Assembly: GCF_963921235.1 (NCBI RefSeq)
Contig: NC_086109.1
Span: 26,972,001 to 27,036,000 of the forward strand
DNA length: 64,000 nucleotides
From: Mobula hypostoma
Lineage: Eukaryota
Reading direction: 5' to 3'
A program made the position numbers and the translations under genes. The notes below the pieces were generated by a model. The model was not told where the DNA came from. It made no database searches and worked only from the letters and a program-made list of their open reading frames with translations. This document shows, piece by piece, positions 62,466 to 64,000 of this stretch (its first letter is position 1; each line of letters begins with the position of its first letter).

Positions 62466-62749
62466 TAAAAAATACTCGAGAAATTATATTGTGAATATAA
62501 GAATTGTACTTTGGTATGCAAAACATCAACAGAAACTGTGTTTTGGTTGGACAGTTGTTCTAATAAGAATTGGGATATCCTTGCACCTGGTAGTGATGTT
62601 TTGTCAGAATGATAAACCAGATGATTCATTGCACTAATTAGATTATATTTTAAATAATACTGCATATGATTTAGTGCCTGAGTGTTGGTGTGATAAGTTT
62701 GTCAGCCACAAAGGGAAAAATCATATAGCATTTCATCTGTTTAATCATC

Positions 62750-63330
62750 ATCCCTTACACACAAGCTGTGTGGTGAAAAAGGCACTACAGTGCCTCTTTC
62801 ACCTCAGACGGTTGAGGAAGTTTGTTATGGGCCCCCAAATCCTAAGAACTTTCTACAGGGGCACAACTGAGAGCATCCTGACCGGCTGCATTACTGCCTG
62901 GTATGGGAACTGTACCTCCCTTAATCGCAGGACTCTGCAGAGAGTGGTGCGGACAGCCCAGCGCATCTGTAGTTGTGAACTTCCCATGATTCAGGACATT
63001 TACAAGGACAGGTATGTAAAAAGGGCCCGTAGGATCACTGGGGACCCAAGCCATCTCAACAACAATCTATTCTAGCTGCTACCAACCGGGAAGTGGTACT
63101 ACAGCATAAAAGCCAGGACCAACAGGCTCCAGGAGAGCTTCTTCCACCAGGCCATCAGGCTGATGAACTCATGCTGACTTGAGTGTACTCTATATTACAT
63201 TGACTGTTCTGTTTATTATAAATGGTTATCAATTACTATGATTGCACATTGCACATTTAGATGGAGATTTAATGTAAAGATTTTTACTCCTCATGTATGT
63301 GAAGGATGTAAGAAATAAAGTTAAGTCAAT
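62750..63330 (+). mobile_element. Rex1/Babar LINE 3' fragment
   Basis: VKKALQCLFHLRRLRKF..ILRTFYRGTTESILTGCITAWYGNC; tail gtaagaaataaagttaagtcaat. Confidence 0.9.
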
Positions 63331-64000
63331 TTTTATACTGGTAGAGAAGCTTACGCTTCTGAAATATTCTTCTTACATGATCAATTCAGCAACATTGGAC
63401 AGAAAAGGTATGAAATAAAAAAACAAGTAAAGCTCTACTAGTGGCAATAATATGGTATTAGTTGTCAGAAGTTAATTCTACACACCTCAGACTGGAGCCT
63501 ACATAACAAACGGACAATCTGTGTTGATTTTTCATCAAAGTAAGATGCAGTTAAGTTGAATGGATCAGTCTGTCTGATTATTTATAAAATTGAACATAAC
63601 TCTTTTAATGCTGTTCACTTGTGAACGTTAGCATGAATTCTACACTTTGCGTCAAAATCAATTTATAAGATCATGTAACATTTGTCTGTGCAGTAGCTTA
63701 CTTTGGCATTTGCTAATTATTCCTTCAACAATACTATCCTTCCTTAGTGGCACAATGAAAAATCGCCCTATATGATGTACCTAAATCTACTGAAGAAGGA
63801 GTTGGAGATCATGGTGAATTCACAACTTCCGACAAAATACAACTGAATCAAGTTGGAGATGCTTTATAGATGTGGCAGCCACACTGGAGAAACAGAATTA
63901 ACATTTCAGGTTGACCCTTTTGGTTTTGAACTACATTCGCATTGTCTTTAAGGAAAAATCAAAATAAAACTGCAAACGTTTGTAGCTCATTTGTCACTTT

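Noticed and set aside
63748..63813. 66-nt AG/GT-bounded open segment (WHNEKSPYMMYLNLLKKELEIM)
   Set aside because: Short, with no recognisable family; consistent with chance.
1..64000. CRISPR arrays, operons, rRNA or other prokaryotic systems
   Set aside because: No regularly spaced repeat-spacer arrays or dense ORFs; the sequence is intron-containing vertebrate DNA.

Overview
Eukaryotic, repeat-rich vertebrate DNA. The repeat mix (HER1/CR1-type LINEs, Rex1/Babar LINEs, V-domain SINEs, abundant Penelope-like elements) suggests a shark or ray; this is an inference. One complete protein-coding gene is supported: a 4-coding-exon PPIL1 (spliceosomal cyclophilin) on + (13801-13856, 15424-15578, 20600-20668, 22564-22790; 168 aa). 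Two canonical cyclophilin active-site residues are replaced in it (M61V, W121L). A CCAAT/GC-box/CDE-CHR promoter cluster lies at ~5570-5890, about 8 kb upstream, and is probably bidirectional. The rest is nested mobile DNA. Neptune-type Penelope-like elements (PLEs) carry minimal hammerhead ribozymes, mostly have 13-14 bp target-site duplications and often have inverted (fold-back) ends; one 3.2 kb insertion has ~960 bp inverted arms and an RT-GIY-YIG ORF broken by a single stop. Also present: a deleted ERV-like LTR element (gag zinc knuckles, protease, a possible Tudor/SH3-like remnant), two solo LTRs, a full-length decayed hAT/Charlie transposon plus a MITE, L2 and I/Nimb LINE ends, and an old ~260 bp non-TE-like direct duplication. 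Boundaries of old repeats are approximate, read by eye.
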